Positions 39,172 to 53,625 of a DNA stretch of 64,000 nucleotides are shown here, one piece after another. Position 1 is the first letter of the stretch. Every line of letters begins with the position of its first letter. The position numbers and the translations under genes are program-made. The notes beneath the pieces were generated by a model. The model searched no databases. It was not told where the DNA came from and saw only the letters and a list, made by a program, of their open reading frames with translations. This DNA comes from Eledone cirrhosa (Eukaryota). Location: NCBI GenBank assembly GCA_964016885.1, contig OZ024742.1:217930001-217994000 (forward strand). The letters are read 5' to 3'.

Positions 39172-39300
39172 ATATAACAAAGGAATTGCGGTAAGGAACC
39201 AAATGGACCATAACGCACCAGAGTACTCAATACTTAGGGTAGTAGAGTGGGAAATAGCCGTCGAAACGGCTTGAGCTCTGCCGTCGGGGTCATACTTTTT
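39172..39300. repeat. Short interspersed repeat between TA tracts (second copy at 57558-57700)
   Basis: ggtaaggaacc...ggaccataacgcacca.agtactcaatacttagggtagtagagtggg...agccgtcgaaacggcttgagctc is shared by both copies. Confidence 0.85.
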
Positions 39301-39402
39301 CATATATATATATATATTATATATATATATATAGTTAAATAAGATAACAAGGACGATTGGTTACTCCTTTATTTCGTTTATTGGTCGGTGACGCGCGTTT
39401 CG

Positions 39403-39464
<62 letters not shown>

Positions 39465-39631
39465 ATATATATATAATTACATAAACGGAGAAAGCTATTA
39501 GCGATACTCCGACCAATTTCCAACTCACTCAACAAACATTAGGAATTACCGGAGTATATTCCCAATTAGAAGTTTGGGGTGCTAACTATATTGTATCGTG
39601 TGGAAAATTGGCTGTATTATTTTATGTGAGA

Positions 39632-39669
39632 CGAGCTGAAGATCCGCTAAGGTGAAACAATTGTTCTCG
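39632..39669 (+). ncRNA. Minimal hammerhead motif (second copy of the 38906 family)
   Basis: Reads cgag-CTGAAGA-tccgctaaggt-GAAA-caattg-TT-ctcg. The downstream about 90 bp also match 38946-39035. Confidence 0.72.
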
Positions 39670-39757
39670 GTATGGTGAACTAACTGTTGTGTTACCACTT
39701 CTACTTAACTCGTCCCATGGACTGAGTGCTCTACCACTACGGATATTACCTTCAAGT

Positions 39758-39942
<185 letters not shown>

Positions 39943-39996
39943 CTCTTAAAGTTATATATATATTATAAACCTGTCTGTGTACAATTATAATATGGA

Positions 39997-40176
39997 TTGG
40001 CAGTATCAGTAGAGGGTCGGACGCCATGCTTTCCAGCATAGTTACGTCCCTTTACGATCTGAGTTCAAATCCCGCCGAGGTTGACTTTGCCTTTCACCCT
40101 TACAGGGTCGATAAAATAAAGTACCAGTAATGCACTGGGTAATTGCTGGCCTTGTGCCTAAAGTAGAGACAATTAT
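39997..40176 (+). mobile_element. Nin-type tRNA SINE, young subfamily
   Basis: ttggcagtatcagtagagggtcggacgcc...gagttcaaatcccgccgagg...gtcgataaaataaagtaccag. Confidence 0.85.
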
Positions 40177-40589
40177 AATATTATGTTATTGCATTAAAAG
40201 AACGCTTATAGTCTACAGCAGACTCAAAAGTGCCGTCCCCATAAAAGTGTCGTCCGGGGAGGCCCCTCCCCTTCTAGCTACGCTACTGTGTTGGTACAGT
40301 AGTTTTAGTATAGTCGGAGATTGTCTCCCTTGCGACCATTCACCAGCCTATCAAAACTTGCTGACTTTCCGTCTTTTAGTGATCGTAGTGCGGCTTCAAC
40401 ACGTCCTTCCATCACTAGGTAGCCATACTCATTGTAAGACTTCTATTTGCTACGCTACACCGCCACAAACACCACTTCTGTTCGTCTTACCATTAGAAAA
40501 GGGATCTGTTTGTCCTCACAATTCAACTTTCCGGAAACTATAAGAAAATAAAACAAACATTTTTATCCAAATACAAGTTTGTTTTCTTA

Positions 40590-41056
40590 TCACCACCCAC
40601 CATCACTACCATCACAACCACCACCACCACCACCATCACTACAACCACCACCACCGCTGTCCCCACCACCACCACCACCACCACCACCGCCACCTATCAC
40701 TACCACTACAACCACCACCATCATCACTACCACTACAACCACCACCACCGCTGTCCCCACCACCACCACCACCTTCACTACCACTACAACCACCACCACA
40801 ACCACCATCACTACCATCACTACCATCACTACAACCACCACCACCGCTGTCCCCACCACCACCTTCACTACCACTACAACCACCACCACCACAACCACCA
40901 TCACTACCACTACAACCACCACCACCACCACCACCGCTGTCCCCACCACCACCACCACCACCACCACCACCACCACCACCACCACCACCACCACCACCAC
41001 CTTCACCGCCGCCGCCATCCACTACCATCACCACCTTCGTTGCCGCCGCCGCCACC

Positions 41057-41088
<32 letters not shown>

Positions 41089-41100
41089 CATCAACAACAT
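40590..41100. repeat. (ACC)n-based array
   Basis: acc/act runs with a recurring gctgtcccc marker. Confidence 0.9.
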
Positions 41101-41302
41101 TAGTAAGATCAAAACAGTTTTAATTCACCTAAGCGAGATATTTAATCACTGAGAATGCTCAACGACTCAACAGGTAGTCGGTGTTATGATTCTATGTCTA
41201 TATAGATGAAACAAACCGGAGGAGTTGACCTCGCATATAGACATGTCAGCCAGCCAGTCTGTCTGTCTGTCTGTCTCTATCTCTGTATGTACATAAGTGT
41301 AT

Positions 41303-41736
<434 letters not shown>

Positions 41737-42485
41737 TGTATGAATGTATGTGTTTTTGAGTGTCCGTGTGTGGGTATGCATGTACCTATATGTATGTGTG
41801 TGTGTATGTATGTATGTATGTATGTATGTATGTATGTATGTGTGTATGTGTGTATGTATGTATGTATGTATGTACGTATGTATGTATGTATGTATGTATG
41901 TATGTGTGTGTTTCTGAGTGTGTGTATTTATGTGTATGCATGTATGTATATGTATGAATGTGCGTGTTTTTCAGTGTGTGTATGCATGTGTGTGTTTTTG
42001 AATGTGTGTATGTATATGTATGCATGTATGTATATGTACGTATGAGTGTGTGTGTTTTTGAGAGTGTGTATGTATATGTATGCATATATGTATGTATATG
42101 TAGGTATGAATGTGTGTTTTGAGAGTGTGTATGTATATGTATGCATATATGTATGCATGTATGTATATGTATGTATGAGTGTGTGTGTGCATAGCTTTCT
42201 TCTTGTTTCTCAATGAATAAATCTTTCTTTCTATGTATTATTTTATTTCCCTCGTTTATTTCACACTCTCACTCTATCTCTCTGTCTCTCTATCTCACTC
42301 TCTCTCTGTCTCTCTATCACTCTATCTCTCTGTCTCTCTATCTCACTCTCTCTCTGTCTCTCTATCTCTCTATCCCTTAATTTCCTATCTTCACTCATTC
42401 CTGCCTCTCCCTCTCCTTTTCCCCCCGACGCCTGGTCTCTTTTTCTTTCTATATTTTTATCTTCCTGTTATACACTCTGTCTCTG

Positions 42486-42556
<71 letters not shown>

Positions 42557-42632
42557 TACACACACACACATATATATATGCATATTTATATATATATATA
42601 TATATATTATATTATATATATATATATATAAG

Positions 42633-42703
<71 letters not shown>

Positions 42704-42724
42704 TGAGAAAGAATGAGAGAGAGA

Positions 42725-42761
<37 letters not shown>

Positions 42762-42809
42762 TATATATATATATATATATATATATTCATATATAAATAT
42801 GTATATATA

Positions 42810-42849
<40 letters not shown>

Positions 42850-42876
42850 CACACACACACACACATATATATATAT

Positions 42877-42970
<94 letters not shown>

Positions 42971-43049
42971 CACACACACTCTCTCTCTCCATAATCTTTA
43001 GTCAACATAGCCACCGAATCTACTTCCATGTGGCTATCATATTGCAAAC

Positions 43050-43107
43050 CTAACAACATCTAGTGCTTCCAGACGGCGGCGCCTGCTAGTCTCCTGACCA
43101 AATGGAG
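43050..43107 (-). other. Putative exon in a unique island between microsatellites
   Basis: ctcag|CTCCATTTGG...GTTGTTAG|gtttgc is open as (A)[18 protein letters not shown](R). No gene identity can be assigned. Confidence 0.35.
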
Positions 43108-43109
43108 CT

Positions 43110-43111
43110 GA

Positions 43112-43145
<34 letters not shown>

Positions 43146-43212
43146 ACACCAACACCATACACCACACACCCACACATGCATACACACACACACACGCACC
43201 GAATGGAGCTGA

Positions 43213-43248
<36 letters not shown>

Positions 43249-43503
43249 ACACCAACACCACACACCACACACCCACACATGCATACACACACACACACCA
43301 CACACCCACACATGCATACACACACACACACGCACCGAATGGAGCTGAGACACACACACACACACACACACACCACACCAACACCACACACCACACACAT
43401 ACATACACACACACGCACCGAATGGAGCTGACACACACACACACACCACACCAACACCACACACCCACACACCCACACATACATACACACGCACCGAATG
43501 GAG

Positions 43504-43544
<41 letters not shown>

Positions 43545-43840
43545 ACCACACCATACACCACACACCCACACATACATACACACACACACACGCACCGACA
43601 CACACACACACACACATACATACACACACCAAATTGAGCTGACACACACACCCACTCCAAATGGAACTCACACTGACACACACACATAGACACACACACA
43701 CACACACACTGACACACACAGACTGACACACACACCTCACACATAGACACACACACTGACACGCACACATACACACTGACACACACATAGACACACACAG
43801 ACACACTGACACATACACATAGACACAGACACACACACAG

Positions 43841-43872
<32 letters not shown>

Positions 43873-45400
43873 CAGGCAGACGATGGCTATCACATCTGTA
43901 CACAGTTGAGTGTTCCTCTATTTGTTTAAGTCACAGGTTGTAGTTGTTAATGTCTTCTTTTCTCTTTTACAGTTTTTCTGTTTGTTTATCGTCATCGTTG
44001 TTGTATAGTTTCTTTGTGTTGTTTTACCGTGTGTGTGTAAGTGTGTGTGTGAGTGTGGGTGTGGTGTGGGTATGAGTGTGTGTGTGGGTGAGTGTGTGTG
44101 GGTATGTGTGGGTGTGTGAGTGTGGTTATGTGTGAGAGAGTGTTATGTGTGCATGTGTGTATGTATGTCTGTGTGTAAGTGTGTGTGTGAGTGTGGGTAT
44201 GAGTGTGTGTGTGGGTGAGTGTGTGGGTGGGTGAGTGTGGGTATGAGTGTGTGTGTGGGTGTGTGAGTGTGGTTATGTGTGCGTGTGTGTGTGTGAGAGA
44301 GTGTTATGTGTGCATGTGTGTATGTATGTCTGTGTGTAAGTGTGTGTGTGTGAGTGTGGGTGTGTGTGTGGGTATGAGTGTGTGTGTGGGTGAGTGTGTG
44401 TGTGTTTGGGTGGGTGAGTGTGGGTATGAGTGGGTGTGTGAGTGTGGTTATGTGTGCGTGTGTGTGTGTGTGAGAGAGTGGTATGTGTGTATGTATGTCT
44501 GTGTGTGTGTGAGTGTGTGATAGAGAGAGAGAGAGAGAGTCTGTGTGTGTATGTGTGTGTGAGAGTGAGTGTGTGTACATGTGTGTATGTATGTCTGTGT
44601 GTGTGTGTGTGAGTGTGTGATAGAGAGAGAGAGAGAGTCTGTGTGTGTATGTGTGTGTGTGAGAGTGAGTGTGTGTGTATGTATGTCTGTGAGTGTGTGA
44701 TAGAGAGAGAGAGAGAGTCTGTGTGTGTATGTGTGTGTGTGAGAGAGAGTGTGCGTGCATGTGTGTATGTATGTCTCTGTGTATGTGTGAGTGTGTGATA
44801 GAGAGAGAGAGAGTCTGTATGTGTGTGTGTGTGCGTGAGAGAGTGTGTGTGTATGTGTGTGTGTGTGTGATAGAGAGAGAGAGGGTCAGTGTGTGTATGT
44901 GTGAGTGTGAGTGTGTCTGTGAGCCTGTGTGTGTATGTGTGAGAGAGCGTGAATGTGTGTATGTGTGTGTGTGCGTCTGTGAGTGTGAGTGTGTGAGCCT
45001 GTGTATGTGTGTGCGTCTGTGAGTGTGTGAGTGTGAGCCTGTGTGTGTATGTGTGAATGTGTGTACGTGTGTAAGTGTGAGTGTGTCTGTGTGTGTAAGT
45101 GTGAGACTGTATGTGTGTGTGTGATTGTGTGAGCGACTGTGAATGTGAGTTTGTGTGAGCCTGTGTATGTGTGAGTGCGTGAATGTGTGTGTGTATGTGT
45201 GTGTAAGTGTGGGTGCGTGTGATTGTGTGTGCGTCTTTGAGTTTGTGTGTGTGAGCCTGTGTGTGTGTGTGTGTGAGAATGTGAATGTGTGTCTGTACGT
45301 AAGTGTGAGTGTGTGTATGTGTGTACGTCTGTGAGTGTGAATGTGTGTGTGTGTATGTGTGTAAGCGTGAGTGTATGTGTGTGATAAGTGTGAGTGTATA

Positions 45401-45434
<34 letters not shown>

Positions 45435-45460
45435 ATATGTGTGTGTATGTGAGTGTATGT
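43110..45460. repeat. CA/TG-rich compound minisatellites
   Basis: A CA-rich block with gcaccgaatggagctg markers (43110-43870), then a TG/GA-rich block (44030-45460). Confidence 0.9.
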
Positions 45461-45624
45461 GTCACTCCTGTTCATTCCCGTCTCTTACCTCCACTCTCAG
45501 CTTTTACCCAGCATAATTTCACAGTTCATTTAAAGAGACAAATAAACAGAAACAACAGAGAAACAACAACACATTCAAATATAACAAATATATGAAGGAA
45601 ATAGATTTGGAGTAGGTTTTCTTC

Positions 45625-47260
45625 GCCACCACCACCACCACCACCATCATCACCACCACCATCACCATCACCATCATCATCACCACCACCATCACCACCA
45701 CCATCACCATCATCATCACCACCACCATCACCACCATCATCATCATCACCATCATCATCACCATCATCATCACCACCACCATCACCATCACCACCACCAC
45801 CACCATCACCATCACCACCACCACCACCACCACCACCACCATCACCACCACCACCATCACCACCACCACCACCATCATCACCACCATCACCACCACCACC
45901 ACCATCACCACCACCATCACCACCACCACCACCACCACCACCACCACCACCATCACCACCACCATCACCATCACCACCACCACCACCATCACCACCACCA
46001 CCACCACCACCATCACCACCACCATCACCATCACCACCACCACCACCATCACCATCACCACCACCACCATCACCACCACCACCACCATCACCACCACCAC
46101 CATCACCACCACCACCACCATCATCACCACCATCACCACCACCACCACCATCACCACCACCATCACCACCACCACCACCACCACCACCACCACCATCACC
46201 ACCACCATCACCACCACCACCACCATCACCATCACCACCACCACCACCATCACCACCACCACCACCATCACCATCACCACCACCATCACCACCACCACCA
46301 CCACCACCACCACCACCATCACCACCACCATCACCACCACCACCACCATCACCATCACCACCACCACCACCATCACCACCACCACCACCATCACCACCAC
46401 CACCACCACCACCACCACCATCATCACCACCATCACCACCACCACCACCATCACCACCACCATCACCACCATCACCATCACCATCATCATCACCACCACC
46501 ACCACCACCATCACCATCACCATCACCATCATCATCATCATCACCACCACCACCACCACCACCACCATCACCACTACCATCACCACCATCATCATCACCA
46601 CCACCACCACCATCACCACCACCACCACCAACACTACCACCACCATCACCACCACCACCACCATCACCACCACCACCACCATCACCATCACCATCATCAT
46701 AACCATCATCACCACCACCACCACCACCATCACCTTCACCATCACCATCACCACCACCATCACCACCACCATCACCATCACCACCACCACCACCATCACC
46801 ACCACCACCACCATCACCACCACCACCACCATCACCATCACCATCATCATAACCATCATCACCACCACCACCACCACCATCATCATCACCACCACCATCA
46901 CCACCACCACCATCACCACCACCACCACCATCACCATCACCACCACCATCACCACCACCATCACCATCACCATCACCACCACCATCACCACCACCATCAC
47001 CATCACCACCACCACCACCATCACCACCATCACCACCACCATTACCACCACCACCACCACCACCACCATCACCATCACCACCACCATCACCATCACCATC
47101 ATCATCATCATCATCGGCGTCCTCATCCTCCTCCTCCGCCTCCTCCCATTCGTCCTCCTCCGCCCCTCCCCATCCCCCTCCTCATCGTCGTCGCCGTTGT
47201 CATCCTCACCATCCTCACCATCCTCACCATCCTCATCACCATCACCACCACCATCACCAG
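45625..47260. repeat. (CAC/CAT)n trinucleotide array
   Basis: About 1.5 kb of cac/cat triplets. Confidence 0.95.
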
Positions 47261-47554
47261 TCCACCTTTCCTCACCTGACAGTGTCTCAAGTTCGTCTAA
47301 GCATCACTGATGGCTGGGGGGGGGGGAGTAACGGTCTTGATAACATTTAAAAAATCTTTCCTTGTAACACAGACATGAGAGAGAGGAGGAAGAGAAAAGA
47401 AGGAGAGAGAGAAAGAGATAGAGAGAGGGGGGAGAGAGAAAGAAAGAGAGAGAGATAGAGATAGATAGATAGATAGATAGATAGAGAGAGAGGGAGATAC
47501 ACGTGAATTCATGTGACAAAGAAATGTATACATAAGAAGTGCCGAGCCCTTGAA

Positions 47555-48170
47555 TTTGATGGAATCTATGAAAGAGGAGTTTGTATATCACAAACTATCA
47601 TCAAACAACAAAAGAATGGTTGCTGCGCAATATCTAATTGTTCTAGGTTGGGCAGCTTTCAACAGGAACAAGGAAGTGCTAACATCAAAACGTGTATCCT
47701 ATCATTTGAAGGCTAAGATCTTTGATACTTACATCCTACCAGTTGTGTTATATGGTCTTGTCTGTCTTAATTGGACAACAAGGTCACTTCAGAAGCTCTC
47801 TACATTCCAGAACCACATCATGAGACGTATGACTGGCAAGCAGCTCAGCGACCGTATCTGTATCAGTGAGCTGCTCAACATTACCAAACTTAGACCAACT
47901 ACATCAATTGTCAAGTCAAGAGTACTCAAACTATACGGCCCTATAAAAAGATCAACTCGTGGTGTGAGTAGGTTACGCCTGGAAGGAAGGTTGGCTGGTA
48001 AGAGAAGCAGAGGCCGGCAGCCAAAACGATGGCTTGACAATGTCAACTTATGGACTGGCTTTGATCTTTGCTATTTGAACTCTGCTGCTGGTGATCGAAC
48101 TTTGTGGAGAGAGATATCACATCTTGATGCGCAGTCTGCAGCTAGCGGAGTTTAGCGTCACAAGAAGAAT
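47555..48170 (+). mobile_element. RTE-like LINE 3' fragment
   Basis: Encodes LGWAAF...KAKIFDTYILPVVLYG...EGRLAGKRSRGRQPKRWLD...DRTLWR. Confidence 0.85.
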
Positions 48171-48842
48171 GAAAGAGGAAGACCTAAGAACACAACAGAC
48201 GAAATGGTACAGGCCGTTCTCCGCGACAATACCTTTACCATTTTGTCCACGGGGCGCAGCTGAAACACCGCTAGGACTGGGGTGTAGAGTCTACCGCTCC
48301 CTTCCTCACTCTCTCCCTTCCCCACCCTCTCCCTTTCTTTCGTCTCTTAATTCTTTTTTCTTTTTCTTTTCTTTCTTTTTGTTTCCTTAACCCTTTTCAT
48401 TTACATTACTCTATATTTGCTATTGTATTTTCATGGTAAACATTTTTTCATATAATTATCTAACATAATATCGAATCTACAAGATTTTGATATTATTTAT
48501 TTTGAGAACAATACCTTAACATAAGTATGAGCAGTCAGTTAGGACCGGTTTGAACAGAAAGAGACGAGAGAATTCTGGCTGGTTAAAGTGGTAAAGGGTT
48601 AATGTTATGTGTATATTGTACAGTTTTTATCACATTTTCATTTAGTTCAATTGGAATAAACTACCAAATGTTCCCCATAAACATTCACAAAAAAAAAAAA
48701 AAGGTAAAAGTGAACCTCAAAAAGCTAAATGTCTCGACGGAAATCGCTTAGGATGGCAGTTTGCGGTGTTGGATAAGAGTAGTCCAGCAGTACAAGCAAA
48801 TCCCTTTATATAATTCAATTAGGTTCCACTATCCTACGAGTG

Positions 48843-49010
48843 GGCACAGCATGGCCAAATGGTTAAGAAGTTCGCTTTTCAATCATAAGGTCTCGAGTTC
48901 AATCCCACTGCGTGGCATCCTCGACAAGTATAATTTCCCATAGACTAGAATCGACAAATGCTTTGTAAGTGAAGCTGTTCGACAGAAATTGTTTGGAAGC
49001 CGGTCGAATG
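48843..49010 (+). mobile_element. tRNA-derived SINE
   Basis: A box tggccaaatgg, B box gagttcaatcc, then cactgcgtggca. Confidence 0.65.
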
Positions 49011-49419
49011 GTCAGTACCTGTAATACAAAGGGCCAGCCTTATCACATACCATATCCCGCTGACTCTCCTAAGTTCATTTCATGAGCATGCTGTTCCGTT
49101 GATCGAACAACTAGAACGTTCATTGTCGAAACCGAAAGCGGTCCAACGATAGATTTATCCTCCTGTCTTTTATACACCCCTTACCTTCCTATATGCCACC
49201 CTCTATCAATTTTTTGTGCAATACTTTCATATAACACTTGGTTTGACTATACACGACCACTCATCCTCATTCTTCTTATTATTCTCATTATACTTTCTGT
49301 GTTAAAATCAACTTTGTCTTTCATCCTTTCGGGTCGATAAAGCAAAGTACCAGTCAAGGTTCGATCTGTATCGATCGAGCTCGACTCTGAAATCAATGGG
49401 ACGTAAGGTTACAACCAAT

Positions 49420-49800
49420 TAACACCAAACTCTCCTCCTCTCTATATCTACTACACGGAACTCTCTTCGATATCCCTCTATATCAATTAGCACCAAAATC
49501 TCCCCCTCTCTATATTTACTACACGGAACTCTCTTCCAATACCCTTCTCTATATCATAAACATCAATCTCTCTCCTCTCTATATCTAATATACAACACAC
49601 TCTTCCAACCTCCCTCAGAATATCAATTACCACCAAACTCTCCCCCTCTCTATATCTATCAATACCTATCTCTATCAATCCTCTCCCTCTATTCATTACC
49701 ACCAAAATCTTCCCCTCTCTACATCAACATAACACCTCTCTTCCAATTCCCCTCTTTTTTATCAATTAACACCAAACACTTCCCCTTTCTGCATCTACAT
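49420..49800. repeat. Degenerate pyrimidine-rich tandem repeat
   Basis: Recurring caccaaa(a)ctctccccctctctatatct units. Confidence 0.7.
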
Positions 49801-49822
49801 GTACATAAATTGTAGCGCATAT

Positions 49823-49866
<44 letters not shown>

Positions 49867-49905
49867 GATATTAACAAATGGAAACTATATTTATAAAACC
49901 ATATT

Positions 49906-49970
49906 TATTTCATTATACATATTTCAAGGACACCCAGTTAAATTATGGTGTGCTTTCATCAGATAAAATA
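49906..49970 (-). ncRNA. Minimal type I hammerhead motif in the 3' pseudo-LTR
   Basis: Minus strand reads tattttat-CTGATGA-aagcacacc...ggtgtcctt-GAAA-tatgta-TA-atgaaata. Confidence 0.8.
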
Positions 49971-51685
49971 TAATATAGATCAGTTTTATAAATAAATATT
50001 GACATACCCTTAAAAAATGCAACCATCACTGTTGGAATCTCCCGGATAGTGGAGTTGAAGCTTAGTTATATTATTATTAGTATTGGATATTTTTATTTTT
50101 AAAATAAGCCGTTGGGTTACGGAGAAAGATAAAGATAAAGAAGGAGAGAGAGTGTTACCATAGTTAAAATTGTTACGATTATGGTTAGTTGTTATATTAT
50201 TATTATTATCGATGTATTTAATTTTATTTCCATACCCAGCTCTACCTAACGCTTCGTTGTAATAATGTGCTTTTTCATCAAATATATTCTTATTAGCTGA
50301 AATTCTCGAAATTCGTTCTTGTACAGAGTTCACTATAGTATTTTTAACGGATCTGGGATGATTAGAGTTAAAATTGACGTAATTTAAGTTCTCATTTAGT
50401 TTGTGAAATGGATAATGAAGACATGTGTTAAGATTTAGTGTTACATCTAGAAAATTAACTATTTTATGGTTATTCTCTATTTCTACTTTTAGATTAAGGT
50501 AATTAAAAAATTGTATAATTTGTTTTATTTTTCTATTTAGTTCACAGTTATTATTTTCTATAAGTAAAAGCATGTCGTCACGATGTAAACCTCCGGTTAT
50601 CTCAGGTATTTTTCTATGTAGAGAATTAATTATAAATAGGCCCACAAGATCCGTTACCTGAGCGGAATCGGATGATCCCATAGTTATGTCGAAATTATTA
50701 TTTCTATCTGCCCCAGTCCAGAGTTGGTTATTAAATTCTATTAATATTTTCCGTGCCGATAATATAATGTGCATTTCATTGCTAGTTAGGTCTGTATGTT
50801 TAAATGCGTAAGTTAGTGCCTTATTCAGTATATTAGGAGTGATAGATGAGTAATAGTTAGCAATATACAACTGAATAAACTTATTATTATAGTTATATTT
50901 AATTTCCTTAAACCAATCGATAACTTCACTAGTTCCTTTCCATAATTTAAAAAAAGATAAATTCTTAATTTGTGGTATTATTCTGTCCAGAATATTTTTG
51001 CTAAGTCTGCCAAGGTCCGATTTAGATGGTGCAATTAATCTGACTGGTAAATCAGTTTCGAAGTTCCTTTTATGATCCTTCATATTAATCTTAGGTTTCC
51101 TTGGCATGAAGGATTGTGTCCTATTTTCAATGCCTAGTTCATGCATTATATAAGAGGCATCTGTATTCAATTTTTCAAGGTCGTCTTTATTTGCTACTTT
51201 GTATTTCTTCCTTAATTCCTTTAATATAAGATCGTTATAAATGTCCTTTTGTATTCCGTAAAGATTATTGGTTTTGTCAGGCTTGACTAGAATTTTCTCC
51301 ATTTTCTCCAAGTTTTCAATATTATTTTTAATATTTCTTAAGTAATTCTGGCCTTTGAAGTTGTTTTTGAATTTGATGCTTTGGATGATAGATATGATAT
51401 CATTTTCAAAATCCATTAGTAGTTTGTTGGGGGGTGGATTTTTTTTAGATTTGAACATTTTATCCAGATTGGAGACATTTTCATTTAGATTAGATTTATC
51501 GAAGTGGAAAGCACGCCACCTGATTCTTCCTATAAAAATAAAAATATCCAATACTAATAATAAAAATATCCAATACTAATAATAATATAACTAAGCTTCA
51601 GCTCCACTATCCGGGAGCTTCCAACACTAATGGTTGCATTTTTTAAGGGTATGTCAATATTTATTTATAAAACTGATCTATATTA

Positions 51686-51750
51686 TATTTTATCTGATGA
51701 AAGCACACCATAATTTAACTTGGTGTCCTTGAAATATGTATAATGAAATA
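51686..51750 (+). ncRNA. Minimal type I hammerhead motif in the inverted 5' pseudo-LTR
   Basis: Reads tattttat-CTGATGA-aagcacacca...tggtgtcctt-GAAA-tatgta-TA-atgaaata. Confidence 0.8.
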
Positions 51751-51914
51751 AATATGGTTTTATAAATGTAGTTTCCATTTGTTAATATCGTATTTTTACT
51801 CCAAATATTTGTTGAGTGCTTTATATCAGTTATAAAAATATTTGCTTGTTGTATCCCAACAATTTAAATAGAACTTCTACACACACACACACACACAATA
51901 CACTGAGGATGAAA

Positions 51915-51949
<35 letters not shown>

Positions 51950-52010
51950 CTGTATATATATATATACACACACATATATATATATATACATACACACACA
52001 CATACATATG

Positions 52011-52072
<62 letters not shown>

Positions 52073-52073
52073 T

Positions 52074-52105
<32 letters not shown>

Positions 52106-52580
52106 CAGATGTATATATATACATATGCATGTATGTTTATATATATATGTGTGTGTATATATGATATATGGCAGGTGGTGGCGACGCTAGCTGTAAATCG
52201 ATGTAAATCAATTACGTGCAACAGCCAGTCATTGAATTCATCTAATGTACGCCTGGTCTGCAATGGTCCTGGATAATACCTTAACCGAATCTGATTCTGG
52301 TGCTGTTTTTTTTCATTAGCCCCCGACTGTTTCAATTAATGTTTCGTTGTAATTTTGCCACAAATCCATTTAGCTTTATTTCCATAATCCCTGTTAAATA
52401 CTTATCGTCTTTTATACGATTTTTTGGGACTGTTTGTACTGTACTTGATCATGGCAGAGCTGCCAGCCTCTAAAAACCAAAATGGAGAGTACCATGAAAA
52501 AAAGTACCTCAAAACGGGGAGAAATGAGATTTTAGATAATGAAAGCTATACCCATTTTCACAAGAGAAAACATCTCTCAC

Positions 52581-52720
52581 CCACCCAAAGAGGGTGGGAG
52601 ATCTCTCCGTCGGATGGGGAGAGTTGACAGGTCTGTCATGGTTTGACGGCAATGATATTGACATAATCGCTCGTGACTGTTTGTCGTACAGTACTTCAGC
52701 CGGTGGTTTTCCATTCAATG
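52581..52720 (-). other. Putative exon
   Basis: Strong acceptor ttctgtacttccttcag and donor TGG|gtgaga. Only one frame is open: LNGKPPAEVLYDKQSRAIMSISLPSNHDRPVNSPHPTERSPTLFGW. Confidence 0.3.
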
Positions 52721-53454
52721 CTGAAGGAAGTACAGAATGATATTTTTATTCGGTGAAAATATGTGTATTAGCGACTTGCGATCGGTGAATAATTCTACTC
52801 TCAGGTCTTGTATAATTGTCCCCCATACCGCTTATTAATTTTTCAGATCTCTTCCCGCACCTCTTATTCCACCCACCTCGCTTATTAAATTTTACTAATC
52901 TATGTTCGGCGAAATTTTATTGTGATTCATTTTGATACAGCATCTGGAGAATTGAATAATAATTTTATTTTACATAAAAAAAAATATTATATATGACATG
53001 AAAAAAGAACGTTACAAGAAATGCCAATTTTTAGGAACGTACACTATACATTTACTGATTTTCCAACACCCCGTTTATTCCAATCCCCGACCCACTTTTA
53101 AGAATTTAATCAAATGACCAACCCCTCCGCTTATCCCTCCACCATTATTTGATTAAATTTATGAAGTCCAAATATAATATCGTATATACATGAGCCAATG
53201 GACGTTCAGTAGCATTTTTACGTTATAACACAACCGCCTTAACACTGACTGGCAACACAACAACTGCCAAAATGTGTGGCAAATTTTCTTTGTATAGTCT
53301 GAGCTCTGTAGCCTCAATCACTTGTTATTTTAGCTGATTAATTCTTTCGTGACACTCCTCTGATCATTCGAACAATACTTTCCTTTTTGCCACGTTTTTA
53401 ACTATCAAGATAAATGCAAATACTTTATTCGTAATTTTTGTAATCGGTAATTCG

Positions 53455-53625
53455 TAATGGCTTAGAGATTAGAGAGTTAAATTCACAATCACGAGGTTGT
53501 GAAGCCGATTCCCGGCCCGGGCGATGCGTTATCTCCTTGAGCAAGACACTTTATTTCGCATTGTTCCTTCTACCAGGTAGTTAGTATTGGCAAGACCAAT
53601 GGAAACAATGTTTCCTTAGTCCAAT
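53455..53625 (+). mobile_element. CORE-type SINE (degenerate)
   Basis: tggcttagagattagag...ccttgagcaagacactttatttc. Confidence 0.7.

Larger units (their letters stand above)
49863..51793 (-). mobile_element. Penelope-like element fragment bracketed by inverted pseudo-LTRs
   Basis: The ORF includes RIRWRAFHF, DKTNNLY, KDHKRNF, RLIAPSKSDLG, MGSSDSAQVTDLVG, HRDD and NFLDVTLNL. GIY-YIG is absent. 49863-50103 is the reverse complement of about 51535-51793. Confidence 0.92.

Noticed and set aside
43050-43107. RLEALDVVR as the HGSNAT/acyltransferase RLxSLDxxRG motif
   Set aside because: The match is short, the next candidate exon gives RHRIITPTTC* rather than a transmembrane helix, and no other matching exons were found.
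45519-47126. Poly-His or Met/Val ORF as a His-rich beak-type protein
   Set aside because: It is a pure (CAC/CAT)n microsatellite with no Gly/Ala-containing motifs and no signal peptide.
52795-53150. Possible MITE starting tactctcagg
   Set aside because: No matching second TIR could be identified by eye.
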